DNA of 64,000 nucleotides from Escherichia coli (GTDB lineage Bacteria; Pseudomonadota; Gammaproteobacteria; Enterobacterales; Enterobacteriaceae): NCBI RefSeq assembly GCF_013122565.1, contig NZ_CP053258.1; one strand, 5' to 3'. Shown piece by piece: positions 39,822 to 50,805 of this stretch (position 1 is its first letter; each line of letters starts with the position of its first letter). The notes under the pieces were generated by a model. It saw only the letters and a program-made list of their open reading frames with translations, ran no database searches and was not told where the DNA came from. The position numbers and the translations under genes were made by a program.

Positions 39822-40613
39822 TTAACGAATTGAATATCCACCATCAATGACTAATAGTTGTCCATTGACATAATCTGAAGCGGCACTGGCGAGGAACACC
39901 ATTGCGCCCATAAGATCCTGTGCCCTTCCCCAGCGTTGAGCCGGTATACGCCCTTTTATTAACTCTTTTATTTTAGGGTTATTATAAATAATAGCGGTCA
40001 TTTCACTCACATAATATCCTGGGGCGATACCATTAATCTGAATATTATATTCCGCAAAATCATCGGCATACGCTTTGGTCAGCCCCGCTAAAGCATGTTT
40101 AGTCGCCGCATACCCTGGCGACCAACGTCCCCCATGAAATGACAATACGGAACACATATTAATAATTTTCCCTTTTCTTTGCGGGACAAATATATTCAAT
40201 GCGGCCTGGCTCATATCGAATGCAGCATTCAGGTTGAGATTAATCATCGGATCCCAGTCGTTTCGATTGAAATCGATAGGACGATTAAAGTTACACACGC
40301 CCGCGTTATTGACCAGAATATCTAACTGACCGAAACGCTCCAGACACCTATTAATAATGGTGCATGCTGCATCAGGTTTTGTTATGTCTATTGTCATAAA
40401 CTCAACTTCAACGCCTTCATGAGTTAAATGCTTTAAATATCTATTATCAGGCTCTTTGATGTCTACCAACAATAGATTAGCCCCTGCTTTGGCCAGAGCC
40501 GAGCATAAGCCTCTCCCCAGCTCACCCGCGGCCCCAGTTACGATGGCCACCTTGTTATGTAATGAAAAAAAATCCAATGAAAAATCTTCAATAGAAAAGC
40601 TCATATCACACAT
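39822..40613 (-). CDS. SDR-family oxidoreductase (KduD/gluconate dehydrogenase-like).
   Basis: Motifs VTGAAGELGRG, NNAG and YAATKHAL; 263 aa. Confidence 0.8.
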   Translation of the reverse strand: MCDMSFSIEDFSLDFFSLHNKVAIVTGAAGELGRGLCSALAKAGANLLLVDIKEPDNRYLKHLTHEGVEVEFMTIDITKPDAACTIINRCLERFGQLDILVNNAGVCNFNRPIDFNRNDWDPMINLNLNAAFDMSQAALNIFVPQRKGKIINMCSVLSFHGGRWSPGYAATKHALAGLTKAYADDFAEYNIQINGIAPGYYVSEMTAIIYNNPKIKELIKGRIPAQRWGRAQDLMGAMVFLASAASDYVNGQLLVIDGGYSIR

Positions 40614-41291
40614 TGCTCCTTATGAGTAAGTAATATTTAAGGGATAATTTAAGTAATTTTTAGATTTCAATAAAAAAATATAAACATTAAAACTCAGCAT
40701 GAATAATAAACATCAAATCTTATATACATTTAAGTAGTGATGTATCACGTAAAAATATAGTCATCATAGATGTTATGCAGTACGCACAAAAAAACAGACT
40801 GGATTTGCTTGCTGATCTATAATCTTTATCTAAATTACTATTGGCGCTTTGGATAATAACATAAGCATATATTACCTCCTAGCAATAATAGACATAACCT
40901 CATATCAAGGTGTCACTGGTAAATAATCGGATAAAGGACAGTACCGGTCGGCACATAGAGCTTCTTCTATTTCACCAGAAGTGCACAGCAGGGAACTACC
41001 AATCACACGGTTAGTGTCATGGGTGGAGGATGCGTCCCGTTCTTTCCCAATAACGGGGATACGCAGTTTTTATCAGTACATGCAGAAAAACCCCTAATTC
41101 ACATCACTGCAGAAAGCATTTAATAGAAATATACATCGTTTAAGAATTTCAATTAAATCAAGATTATTCTTAAAAATCAGATAATTCACATTTGCATTTT
41201 TAGGAAATTATACTATAGTGCAATTAATGTTCTTGCCTTTATTTTGTAAGTAATACTGGATTTGTAATACACAACTAAGGTATAAAATGTA

Positions 41292-42104
41292 ATGATCTAC
41301 ATTATAAATGATGAAGTAAGATTCAACTCATCATCTAATAAGTTAACATCACTCCTTACATCAGAGGAAGTGATACTCACTTATCCTGCGGGAAAATGCT
41401 TAAAATTACTTTTAGATAACGCTTATAGTGTCGTATCGCACAATCAATTCTTTGAAAAAGTCTGGAGCGATAGCAGCGCTGAAGTCGCAACCAATACTTT
41501 ATATCAAAACATTTCGATGATAAGACGCTCCTTTCGTGAAATCAGCTCATCGACGATATTTAATGATATTATCAGAACGGTGCCGCGTAAGGGTTTTAAA
41601 ATCAATGAAGAAATCAACATAACTGTTCTCGACAATAATCATACTGAGAATGAAAGTGTTGAGAGTGAAGAGGATGGTACCCACATTGAAAATATAAATA
41701 AAAATCATGTTGCAAAAGATATTTTCACCACAAAGAATACATTACTTATAGTGTACTTTTTTGCGGCATGGGGGATAGTGTATATATCTTCTTATTTTTT
41801 CGATATGGCTTTTCAAAGCAAAGCTCACACTATAAAAAAAACAGATGCTTTCTCAAATTATGCTCAACATCCTACTCAGGAAGGGTGTAGCTATTTCTAT
41901 GACAATATATATTTTAATTCCGTAGACATGTTATCACCGATTATTGAAAAATTGCAGAAAATGGAAATTAACTGCAAAATACATCCTTACATTTACATTG
42001 CAACAAATGATAGCATGAGCGGGTTTTATGCTTTCACCTGTAGTCAGATGTTAAACTCTGAATCACCAAATAATTGTAATTCTCTCTATTATAAAGCGGA
42101 GTAA
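41292..42104 (+). CDS. ToxR/CadC-like membrane-anchored transcriptional regulator (YqeI-like).
   Basis: The N-terminus is an OmpR/PhoB-type winged helix (EKVW...TNTLYQNISMIRRSF...IRTVPRKGFKI). A single TM (LLIVYFFAAWGIVYISSYFF) and a periplasmic C-terminal domain follow. Confidence 0.7.
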   Translation: MIYIINDEVRFNSSSNKLTSLLTSEEVILTYPAGKCLKLLLDNAYSVVSHNQFFEKVWSDSSAEVATNTLYQNISMIRRSFREISSSTIFNDIIRTVPRKGFKINEEINITVLDNNHTENESVESEEDGTHIENINKNHVAKDIFTTKNTLLIVYFFAAWGIVYISSYFFDMAFQSKAHTIKKTDAFSNYAQHPTQEGCSYFYDNIYFNSVDMLSPIIEKLQKMEINCKIHPYIYIATNDSMSGFYAFTCSQMLNSESPNNCNSLYYKAE

Positions 42105-42108
42105 TCAT

Positions 42109-42600
42109 ATGACTCAAAGATATTTTCTATTTGCGGGAATAATTTTATGTGCTTTTATTGCAGCAATTCTTAGCCATATTGCGTTTCATCATGCCAATGA
42201 ACCAGCAGAGCAAAACATATCATGTAATGCCCATGTTATTAATTTCACCGATCATACGAAAATGGATCAATACTTTTCGTTAAATATGATTTCTGAAAAT
42301 AATACAGGGAATATGTATCTCACGGGTGCTTACACGGTAAATGGGAAAAAAATGGGTTTCATCCGCCGATATGTGAGTTTTACATACAAGAAATTCCGTG
42401 ATACCGTTTATTTCACCACAGTTAAAATACAAAAAATACAAAAAGATGATAACATTAGTGATGAAATCCTTGAAAATATCACTTCTGATTTTTTCATAAA
42501 AGTAGACACCTCAATTAATTTTTATGTTACACGTCAAAATGATTACAACTACGTATTCTCTACAGGCAGGACACCACGCTTCATATGTATTTCCCACTAA
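42109..42600 (+). CDS. Small N-terminally anchored membrane/periplasmic protein, a possible ToxS-like partner (YqeJ-like).
   Basis: 163 aa with a single N-terminal TM (YFLFAGIILCAFIAAILSHIAF). Its start is 4 nt after the ToxR-like stop. Confidence 0.5.
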   Translation: MTQRYFLFAGIILCAFIAAILSHIAFHHANEPAEQNISCNAHVINFTDHTKMDQYFSLNMISENNTGNMYLTGAYTVNGKKMGFIRRYVSFTYKKFRDTVYFTTVKIQKIQKDDNISDEILENITSDFFIKVDTSINFYVTRQNDYNYVFSTGRTPRFICISH

Positions 42601-42700
42601 CAGTAGTGTTGATCATTGCGCTTGTCATCAGATAATAACCTTCTGATGGCTTTGTTTATATTTTAAGGCAATAAAAAACATTCCAATATTGGTTAATTAT

Positions 42701-44215
42701 TTATCTGTTTACATACCACTGATAAAACTCTGTCGCTTTCATTGGTTTTGCATATAAGTACCCCTGAACTAATGTCACGTTATTATGAATAAGATATTCC
42801 GCCTGGTGAGGAGAACTGACACCTTCTGCAATCGTTATCAAATTTAGTCGATTACTCAGCTTAATAATAATATCTAAAACTGGCGTTTCGTCTTCCGCTG
42901 TAGTGAGTGTGTCTATAAAGCTTTTATCTATTTTAAGATAATCAACAGACAACTTTTGTAGAAGGCCAAGGGAACAATATCCCGTGCCAAAATCATCAAC
43001 TGCAAATTCACAGCCATGGATCCTTAATTCATTTATTTTCTGTAATGCAAGATCAGTGTCTTCAACCAGATTGCGTTCGGTAATCTCAAGGACAATATTA
43101 AATTTATCAGATATTGCATTTTTAATATGTAAAACATCAGCAACAAAGTCAGGATGTGCAAGATGTTCCGCGGCAATATTTATCCCAAGGTGAAACGGTT
43201 TTTTCACTTTCCAGCTTTGTACATCCTGAATAATCAGTTCAAAGAGATGCTTAGTTAACGGTATTATTAAATTTTCCTCTTCTGCCGCGCGGATAAAAAC
43301 TACCGGAGATATATTTTTACCATCTTCGCGTTGCCAGCGCATTAACGCTTCAACCCCCAGACACGCTTTGGTTGTCGTGTCGCACACTGGTTGATAATGC
43401 ACAGAAAATTCTCCGGATGACATTCCTTTTTTAATTTCTTCTGCCAGCGACATTTTCCGTGACATCCAGTGCTGCCATAAGAAATAGAGAATAAAAGAAA
43501 GAATAATAGATAACGGCAAAATATAAAGCACATTGCTAATGATATAGGGATATAACGAAATCATCGGCGTAGTAACTGTAAGACGAGCCTGACTGTTCGC
43601 AGAATTAAAATCTCTTTTTAACATATATAACCTGTCATTATTATTTACACCACTAATAATTGCAGGCCCTTCAGTAAAGCGAAGAGAAAATGAATCATCA
43701 TTCTCATCATCAAGAACATCCATTAGATCATAGATATATCGTGACTCGACAATACTAAAAGCTGTCATATTATTCCCTAATGGCATAAGGAACACTATGG
43801 CTGTTTTACCTGGTACAAAACTTGTTCCGCTAATTGATACTATGCGTGATTCTTTATTTTTATTGTGAAAGCTCGTACCGTAAACATCGTTAACATTCAT
43901 TTTTTTGAAACCGCTAACTGAAGAACATATTTGGAAATTATTTTCTATAAGACCCGTTGTTCGAACATAGGGAGTCAATGCTCCGTTAGCAATCAACTGC
44001 TCCAGGATATCTTTGCAGGGTTTCATCACCAGAATAGAAGTAAGCTTTGTCGTATGCTGGACAATTTGCGTAACATTATCAAGCTGTTTTAACAGAATAC
44101 CGGCGGTAATTGTCGTATCTCTATTCATTTGAAATATTGACATAGCAAACGATAGTAACACCCCCAGAATGCCTGGTATTATAATGAGTACAAACATTTT
44201 TTTGTTGAATACCAT
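42701..44215 (-). CDS. pdeT: CSS-motif domain / EAL-domain c-di-GMP phosphodiesterase.
   Basis: Two TMs flank a periplasmic domain containing ICSSVSG (the CSS motif) and an upstream Cys. The EAL domain carries GVEALMRW and DDFGTGY. A K-12-absent PDE next to dgcT was described in EHEC as VmpA/PdeT (from memory). Confidence 0.75.
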   Translation of the reverse strand: MVFNKKMFVLIIIPGILGVLLSFAMSIFQMNRDTTITAGILLKQLDNVTQIVQHTTKLTSILVMKPCKDILEQLIANGALTPYVRTTGLIENNFQICSSVSGFKKMNVNDVYGTSFHNKNKESRIVSISGTSFVPGKTAIVFLMPLGNNMTAFSIVESRYIYDLMDVLDDENDDSFSLRFTEGPAIISGVNNNDRLYMLKRDFNSANSQARLTVTTPMISLYPYIISNVLYILPLSIILSFILYFLWQHWMSRKMSLAEEIKKGMSSGEFSVHYQPVCDTTTKACLGVEALMRWQREDGKNISPVVFIRAAEEENLIIPLTKHLFELIIQDVQSWKVKKPFHLGINIAAEHLAHPDFVADVLHIKNAISDKFNIVLEITERNLVEDTDLALQKINELRIHGCEFAVDDFGTGYCSLGLLQKLSVDYLKIDKSFIDTLTTAEDETPVLDIIIKLSNRLNLITIAEGVSSPHQAEYLIHNNVTLVQGYLYAKPMKATEFYQWYVNR

Positions 44216-44408
44216 ACATGTTTCCCCACGCATCAGGGTGATGCAACCTAAGAAATTATAGTACAATTGCCAGTAAAAGCGGGTGATAGCAGATTGATCA
44301 ATGATAAGCATTTAAGATCATATAGTACTATGATATTTCTGAAAATTGTTACGCAAGTCTGCGAATAGCTATTTAGCGCTTACCAAAATCACCCGCTAAA
44401 ATGCCGCT

Positions 44409-45767
44409 TCATGGTGACTCACAAAAATTCACCACATCCCTCACAACCACCTTATTACGCCCGGTCTCTTTCGCCTCGTATAGTGCGTTATCAGCCAGTC
44501 GATAGATCTCATTCGGGTTTAACGCATTTTCCTGAGTCACAACAGCGCCAATACTAATCGTCACTTTTTGTGGTATGGCGTATTCAGGATTATCGCCAGT
44601 TAAACGCTCAACATTTTCCCGAATCCTTTCCGCTAAAGCTTTCGCACGTTCAGTATCGATGTCCGTCAGCAAGACGCCAAACTCTTCGCCGCCGACGCGC
44701 GCAAAAAGGTCATCTGGCCGTATGCTTTTCCCAATGATATTCACCACTGTTTTTATCACCTGATCGCCAACCGGATGCCCCCAGGTATCGTTGACTTTTT
44801 TGAAGTGGTCGATATCCATAATCATGACGCAATAAGGCGTTTTTTTGGCTGATGCTGATTGAACTGTCAGTTCATTAAAAAAATAATTTCTGTTAAATAT
44901 ATTGGTTAAGGAATCGCGATGTGCAATGTCCTTTGTTACTCGTAGCGCACTGAATATATGGCACATAAATATTACCATAACGGTTAACTTACTGACTACT
45001 TCAATAGTGCGACTAATATACCAAGTGGACACGCTATACCTGCTCATAAATAACAGAGAGATATTGTACAGTACGGCACAAAAAGCAATCACCGTCACTC
45101 CATTCCAGATATCATAGCGTAAACCATTAAAGTATAGATTAACCGAAAGCAAGGTTAACCACATGAAAATCATTATGGTAACATATGATGTTTTCCAAAC
45201 CACCTGATCATTTTCATTGGTTAACTCGGCAATGTGTAAATTGTAGCTCTCATAATGACTAGAAAGTATGTGAGCAACTATCGGCCCCCCAACAACAAAA
45301 AACAAACTTATGCACAAAGTCATTTTTTTGGAAAATAAATTGCGCTGTTTTGTGTTTTCACTAACTTTACTCACCAATGCCAGAAATATTAATATGCACA
45401 AACTCATCTGACGAAACAAATAATAAATTGCAATGTCATTTTGAACAACACTGCTTGTCAAACGCCCCTCAATAATTTGCTGAATGATAATGACGGTTTT
45501 AACAAAGTAAATCAAACAACTCAGAAAAGCCAAACTAAGTATACAGTTTGAAAATTGCCTACGGTCATAAATGAAATACAACTGCATAAAAATAAATGCA
45601 ACAGTATCGATAAAAAATAAAGCAATCATTACCATCAGATAGGTTGATCGTGGAACAACTTCCTCAACGCCTGGCTGATTAAACCAACTATTCACCAAAA
45701 CCAAAGCAAGCCCAAACAATAAGCTCACTAATACAGTACTACTAATTCTCAAATAGTCTTTTTCCAT
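44409..45767 (-). CDS. dgcT: Membrane diguanylate cyclase DgcT (YcdT).
   Basis: 452 aa from ATG 45767, with a multi-TM N-terminus and a GGDEF domain (active site VGGEEFGVLL). It is divergent from pgaA, as in K-12. Confidence 0.85.
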   Translation of the reverse strand: MEKDYLRISSTVLVSLLFGLALVLVNSWFNQPGVEEVVPRSTYLMVMIALFFIDTVAFIFMQLYFIYDRRQFSNCILSLAFLSCLIYFVKTVIIIQQIIEGRLTSSVVQNDIAIYYLFRQMSLCILIFLALVSKVSENTKQRNLFSKKMTLCISLFFVVGGPIVAHILSSHYESYNLHIAELTNENDQVVWKTSYVTIMIFMWLTLLSVNLYFNGLRYDIWNGVTVIAFCAVLYNISLLFMSRYSVSTWYISRTIEVVSKLTVMVIFMCHIFSALRVTKDIAHRDSLTNIFNRNYFFNELTVQSASAKKTPYCVMIMDIDHFKKVNDTWGHPVGDQVIKTVVNIIGKSIRPDDLFARVGGEEFGVLLTDIDTERAKALAERIRENVERLTGDNPEYAIPQKVTISIGAVVTQENALNPNEIYRLADNALYEAKETGRNKVVVRDVVNFCESP

Positions 45768-46120
45768 AAAGCTACACCAATCTGTAGGTTGTAGATCCCT
45801 TTCTATTATTAATAGATATAAGAACTGTACTGTTGTCAATATGAAATTCCGACCACAAACAATACCGATGATGATAGTTGCAGCCGCAATTATTATTACC
45901 TTAGTGCTTTATACATTCTTTGCGACAAGACAGGCTTGCAAATACTTATAAATGGTTATAAGGAAATCCTTATGAAACATTAATTCATAGATAGATTAGG
46001 AATAACAATTGAATCCGTGAGTACAGTAACGCTGCATTTCATCAGGACTTTCGAAAAATCCGATATCATGCATCGGAATTTACTGATTTAATTATTTTAA
46101 TCCTAATTTATTTTGAAAAA

Positions 46121-46357
46121 GGCATTGGGATTTATGCCGTATTCCTGAAGATCCTCATCATTGGAATGGATTTTCGGGCGACAAAAGGATTTTATATGGA
46201 CACTCTGCTCATCATTTCTTCTTCTCATCATCAACAATTCACGTCTCTCTTCCGCGTTTAATAACGGATTATGAGGTGCAAAAAATATCTTTCTTTTCAG
46301 TTACCTGTAATTAGATACAGAGAGAGATTTTGGCAATACATGGAGTAATACAGGATG
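46121..46357 (+). promoter_or_regulatory. pgaA leader region with multiple GGA (CsrA-type) motifs, including two at the SD/start codon.
   Basis: GGA is seen at 46342-46344 and 46353-46355 (overlapping ATG 46355), at 46266-46268, and several times in 46120-46210. It is established that CsrA binds six sites in the roughly 234-nt pgaA leader. The 5' boundary is inferred from that figure. Confidence 0.55.
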
Positions 46358-48778
46358 TATTCAAGTAGCAGAAAAAGGTGCCCGAAAACCAAATGGGCTT
46401 TGAAAATTCTTACTGCCGCATTTTTAGCAGCGAGTCCCGCGGCGAAGTGTGCTGTTAATAACGCCTATGATGCATTGATTATTGAAGCTCGCAAGGGAAA
46501 TACTCAGCCAGCTTTGTTATGGTTTGCACAAAAATCAGCACTCAGTAATAACCAGATTGCTGACTGGTTACAGATTGCCTTATGGGCCGGGCAAGATAAA
46601 CAGGTTATTACCGTTTACAACCGCTACCGTCATCAGCAATTACCAGCGCGTGGTTATGCAGCTGTCGCCGTAGCTTATCGTAACCGGCAACAATGGCAAA
46701 ACTCGCTTACACTGTGGCAAAAGGCGCTCTCTCTGGAGCCGCAAAATAAGGATTATCAACGGGGACAAATTTTAACCCTGGCAGATGCGGGTCACTATGA
46801 TACTGCGCTGGTTAAACTTAAGCAGCTTAACTCTGGAGCACCGGACAAAGCCAATTTACTCGCAGAAGCTTATATCTATAAACTGGCGGGGCGTCATCAG
46901 GATGAATTACGGGCGATGACAGAGTCATTACCTGAAAATGCATCTACGCAACAATATCCCACAGAATACGTGCAGGCATTACGTAATAATCAACTTGCTG
47001 CCGCGATTGACGATGCCAATTTAACGCCAGATATTCGCGCTGATATTCATGCCGAACTGGTCAGACTGTCGTTTATGCCTACGCGCAGTGAAAGTGAACG
47101 TTATGCCATTGCCGATCGCGCCCTCGCCCAATACGCTGCATTAGAAATTCTGTGGCATGATAACCCAGACCGCACTGCCCAGTACCAGCGTATTCAGATT
47201 GATCATCTTGGTGCGTTATTAACTCGCGATCGTTATAAAGACGTTATTTCTCACTATCAGCGTTTAAAAAAGACGGGGCAAATTATTCCGCCCTGGGCGC
47301 AATATTGGGTTGCGTCGGCTTATCTCAAAGATCATCAGCCGAAAAAAGCACAGTCAATAATGACCGAGCTCTTTTATCACAAGGAGATCATTGCCCCGGA
47401 TTTATCCGATGAAGAACTTGCGGATCTCTTTTACAGCCACCTGGAGAGTGAAAATTATCCCGGCGCGCTAACTGTCACCCAACATACCATTAATACTGCG
47501 CCGCCTTTCCTTCGGTTAATGGGCACGCCTACGAGCATCCCGAATGATACCTGGTTACAGGGGCATTCGTTTCTCTCAACCGTAGCAAAATATAGTAATG
47601 ATCTTCCTCAGGCTGAAATGACAGCCAGAGAGCTTGCTTATAACGCACCAGGAAATCAGGGACTGCGCATTGATTACGCGAGTGTGTTACAAGCCCGCGG
47701 TTGGCCTCGTGCAGCAGAAAATGAATTAAAAAAAGCAGAAGTGATCGAGCCACGTAATATTAATCTGGAGGTTGAACAAGCCTGGACAGCATTAACGTTA
47801 CAAGAATGGCAGCAGGCAGCTGTCTTAACGCACGATGTTGTCGAACGTCAACCGCAAGATCCCGGCGTTGTACGTTTAAAACGTGCGGTTGATGTACATA
47901 ATCTTGCAGAGCTTCGTATAGCTGGTTCAACAGGAATTGATGCCGAAGGCCCGGATAGTGGTAAACATGATGTCGACTTAACCACCATCGTTTATTCACC
48001 ACCGCTGAAGGATAACTGGCGCGGTTTTGCTGGATTCGGTTATGCCGATGGACAATTTAGCGAAGGAAAAGGGATTGTTCGCGACTGGCTGGCGGGTGTT
48101 GAGTGGCGGTCACGTAATATCTGGCTCGAGGCGGAGTACGCTGAACGCTTTTTCAATCATGAGCATAAACCCGGCGCGCGCCTGTCTGGCTGGTATGATT
48201 TTAATGATAACTGGCGTATCGGTTCGCAACTGGAACGCCTCTCTCACCGCGTTCCATTACGGGCAATGAAAAATGGTGTTACAGGCAACAGTGCTCAGGC
48301 TTATGTTCGCTGGTATCAAAATGAGCGGCGTAAGTACGGTGTCTCCTGGGCTTTCACTGATTTTTCCGACAGTAACCAGCGTCATGAAGTCTCAATTGAG
48401 GGTCAGGAACGCATCTGGTCTTCACCATATTTGATTGTCGATTTCCTACCCAGTCTGTATTACGAACAAAATACAGAACACGATATCCCATACTACAACC
48501 CTATAAAAACGTTCGATATTGTTCCGGCATTTGAGGCAAGTCATTTGTTATGGCGTAGCTATGAAAATAGCTGGGAGCAAATCTTCAGCGCAGGTGTTGG
48601 TGCCTCCTGGCAAAAACATTATGGCACGGATGTCGTCACCCAACTCGGCTACGGGCAACGCATTAGCTGGAATGACGTGATTGATGCTGGCGCAACGCTA
48701 CGCTGGGAAAAACGACCTTATGACGGTGACAGAGAACACAACTTATACGTTGAATTCGATATGACATTCAGATTTTAA
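46355..48778 (+). CDS. pgaA: PNAG export porin PgaA.
   Basis: 807 aa with a TPR-rich N-terminal half and a beta-barrel C-terminal half ending in F. Gene order and lengths are as in K-12 pgaABCD. Confidence 0.9.
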   Translation: MYSSSRKRCPKTKWALKILTAAFLAASPAAKCAVNNAYDALIIEARKGNTQPALLWFAQKSALSNNQIADWLQIALWAGQDKQVITVYNRYRHQQLPARGYAAVAVAYRNRQQWQNSLTLWQKALSLEPQNKDYQRGQILTLADAGHYDTALVKLKQLNSGAPDKANLLAEAYIYKLAGRHQDELRAMTESLPENASTQQYPTEYVQALRNNQLAAAIDDANLTPDIRADIHAELVRLSFMPTRSESERYAIADRALAQYAALEILWHDNPDRTAQYQRIQIDHLGALLTRDRYKDVISHYQRLKKTGQIIPPWAQYWVASAYLKDHQPKKAQSIMTELFYHKEIIAPDLSDEELADLFYSHLESENYPGALTVTQHTINTAPPFLRLMGTPTSIPNDTWLQGHSFLSTVAKYSNDLPQAEMTARELAYNAPGNQGLRIDYASVLQARGWPRAAENELKKAEVIEPRNINLEVEQAWTALTLQEWQQAAVLTHDVVERQPQDPGVVRLKRAVDVHNLAELRIAGSTGIDAEGPDSGKHDVDLTTIVYSPPLKDNWRGFAGFGYADGQFSEGKGIVRDWLAGVEWRSRNIWLEAEYAERFFNHEHKPGARLSGWYDFNDNWRIGSQLERLSHRVPLRAMKNGVTGNSAQAYVRWYQNERRKYGVSWAFTDFSDSNQRHEVSIEGQERIWSSPYLIVDFLPSLYYEQNTEHDIPYYNPIKTFDIVPAFEASHLLWRSYENSWEQIFSAGVGASWQKHYGTDVVTQLGYGQRISWNDVIDAGATLRWEKRPYDGDREHNLYVEFDMTFRF

Positions 48779-48786
48779 GGATAAAT

Positions 48787-50805
48787 ATGTTACGTAATGG
48801 AAATAAATATCTCCTGATGCTGGTGAGTATAATTATGCTCACTGCGTGCATTAGCCAGTCAAAAACATCATTTATACCGCCACAGGATCGCGAGTCTTTA
48901 CTCGCCGAGCAACCGTGGCCGCATAATGGTTTTGTGGCGATTTCATGGCATAACGTTGAAGACGAAGCTGCCGACCAGCGTTTTATGTCAGTGCGGACAT
49001 CAGCACTACGTGAACAATTTGCCTGGCTGCGCGAGAACGGTTATCAACCGGTCAGTATTGCTCAAATTCGTGAAGCACATCGAGGAGGAAAACCGCTACC
49101 GGAAAAAGCAGTAGTGCTGACTTTTGATGACGGCTACCAGAGTTTTTATACCCGCGTCTTCCCAATTCTCCAGGCCTTCCAGTGGCCTGCTGTATGGGCC
49201 CCCGTCGGCAGTTGGGTCGATACGCCAGCGGATGAACAAGTAAAATTTGGCGATGAGATGGTCGATCGAGAATATTTTGCCACGTGGCAACAAGTGCGAG
49301 AAGTTGCGCGTTCCCCGCTCGTTGAAGTCGCTTCTCATACATGGAATTCTCACTACGGTATTCAGGCTAATGCCACCGGCAGCTTATTGCCTGTATATGT
49401 AAATCGTGCATATTTTACTGACCACGCACGGTATGAAACCGCAGCAGAATACCGGGAAAGAATTCGTCTGGATGCTGTAAAAATGACGGAATACCTGCAT
49501 ACAAAGGCTAAGGTAAATCCACACGTTTTTGTTTGGCCTTATGGCGAAGCGAATGGCATAGCGATAGAGGAATTAAAAAAACTCGGTTATGACATGTTCT
49601 TCACCCTTGAATCAGGTTTGGCAAATGCGTCGCAATTGGATTCCATTCCGCGAGTATTAATCGCCAATAATCCCTCATTAAAAGAGTTTGCCCAGAAAAT
49701 TATTACCGTACAGGAAAAATCACCACAACGGATAATGCATATCGATCTTGATTACGTTTATGACGAAAACCGCCAGCAAATGGATCGCAATATTGATGTG
49801 CTAATTCAGCGGGTGAAAGATATGCAAATATCAACCGTGTATTTGCAGGCATTTGCTGATCCCGATGGTGATGGGCTGGTCAAAGAGGTCTGGTTTCCAA
49901 ATCGTTTGCTACCAATGAAAGCAGATATTTTTAGTCGGGTTGCCTGGCAATTACGTACCCGCTCAGGTGTAAACATCTATGCGTGGATGCCGGTATTAAG
50001 CTGGGATTTAGATCCCACATTAACGCGAGTAAAATACTTACCAACTGGGGAGAAAAAAGCACAAATTCATCCTGAACAATATCGCCGTCTCTCGCCTTTT
50101 GATGACAGGGTCAGAGCACAAGTTGGCATGTTATATGAAGATCTTGCCGGACATGCTGCTTTTGATGGCCTATTGTTCCACGATGATGCTTTGCTTTCAG
50201 ATTATGAAGATGCCAGTGCACCGGCTATCGCGGCTTATCAGCAAGCAGGCTTTAGCGGGAGTCTGAGCGAAATTCGACAAAACCCGGAGCAATTTAAACA
50301 GTGGACCCGCTTTAAAAGTCGTGCGTTAACTGACTTCACTTTAGAACTTAGTGCGCGCGTAAAAGCCATTCGTGGTCCACATGTTAAAACTGCACGAAAT
50401 ATTTTTGCACTTCCGGTAACACAACCTGAAAGTGAAGCCTGGTTTGCACAGAATTATGCTGATTTCCTAAAAAGCTATGACTGGACTGCTATTATGGCTA
50501 TGCCTTATATGGAAGGTGTCGCAGAAAAATCGGCTGATCAATGGTTAATACAACTGATCAATCAGATTAAAAGCATCCCTCAGGCTAAAGACAAATCTAT
50601 TTTAGAATTACAGGCACAAAACTGGCAGAAAAATGGTCAGCATCAGGCTATTTCTTCGCAACAACTCGCTCACTGGATGAGCCTATTACAACTGAATGGA
50701 GTGAAAAACTATGGTTATTATCCCGACAATTTTCTGCATAACCAACCTGAAATAGACGTTATTCGTCCTGAGTTTTCAACAGCCTGGTATCCGAAAAATG
50801 ATTAA
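48787..50805 (+). CDS. pgaB: PNAG N-deacetylase lipoprotein PgaB.
   Basis: 672 aa with a lipobox (LTAC), a polysaccharide deacetylase block (VVLTFDDGY) and a C-terminal glycoside-hydrolase-like domain. Confidence 0.9.
   Translation: MLRNGNKYLLMLVSIIMLTACISQSKTSFIPPQDRESLLAEQPWPHNGFVAISWHNVEDEAADQRFMSVRTSALREQFAWLRENGYQPVSIAQIREAHRGGKPLPEKAVVLTFDDGYQSFYTRVFPILQAFQWPAVWAPVGSWVDTPADEQVKFGDEMVDREYFATWQQVREVARSPLVEVASHTWNSHYGIQANATGSLLPVYVNRAYFTDHARYETAAEYRERIRLDAVKMTEYLHTKAKVNPHVFVWPYGEANGIAIEELKKLGYDMFFTLESGLANASQLDSIPRVLIANNPSLKEFAQKIITVQEKSPQRIMHIDLDYVYDENRQQMDRNIDVLIQRVKDMQISTVYLQAFADPDGDGLVKEVWFPNRLLPMKADIFSRVAWQLRTRSGVNIYAWMPVLSWDLDPTLTRVKYLPTGEKKAQIHPEQYRRLSPFDDRVRAQVGMLYEDLAGHAAFDGLLFHDDALLSDYEDASAPAIAAYQQAGFSGSLSEIRQNPEQFKQWTRFKSRALTDFTLELSARVKAIRGPHVKTARNIFALPVTQPESEAWFAQNYADFLKSYDWTAIMAMPYMEGVAEKSADQWLIQLINQIKSIPQAKDKSILELQAQNWQKNGQHQAISSQQLAHWMSLLQLNGVKNYGYYPDNFLHNQPEIDVIRPEFSTAWYPKND

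Noticed and set aside
41035-41070. A hairpin (tcccgtt...aacggga) followed by a distal T-run, in a locally more GC-rich patch upstream of the ToxR-like gene. It could be an sRNA terminator.
   Set aside because: The stem is short (7 bp), a 6-nt gap separates it from the T-run, and there is no identifiable promoter or conservation evidence.
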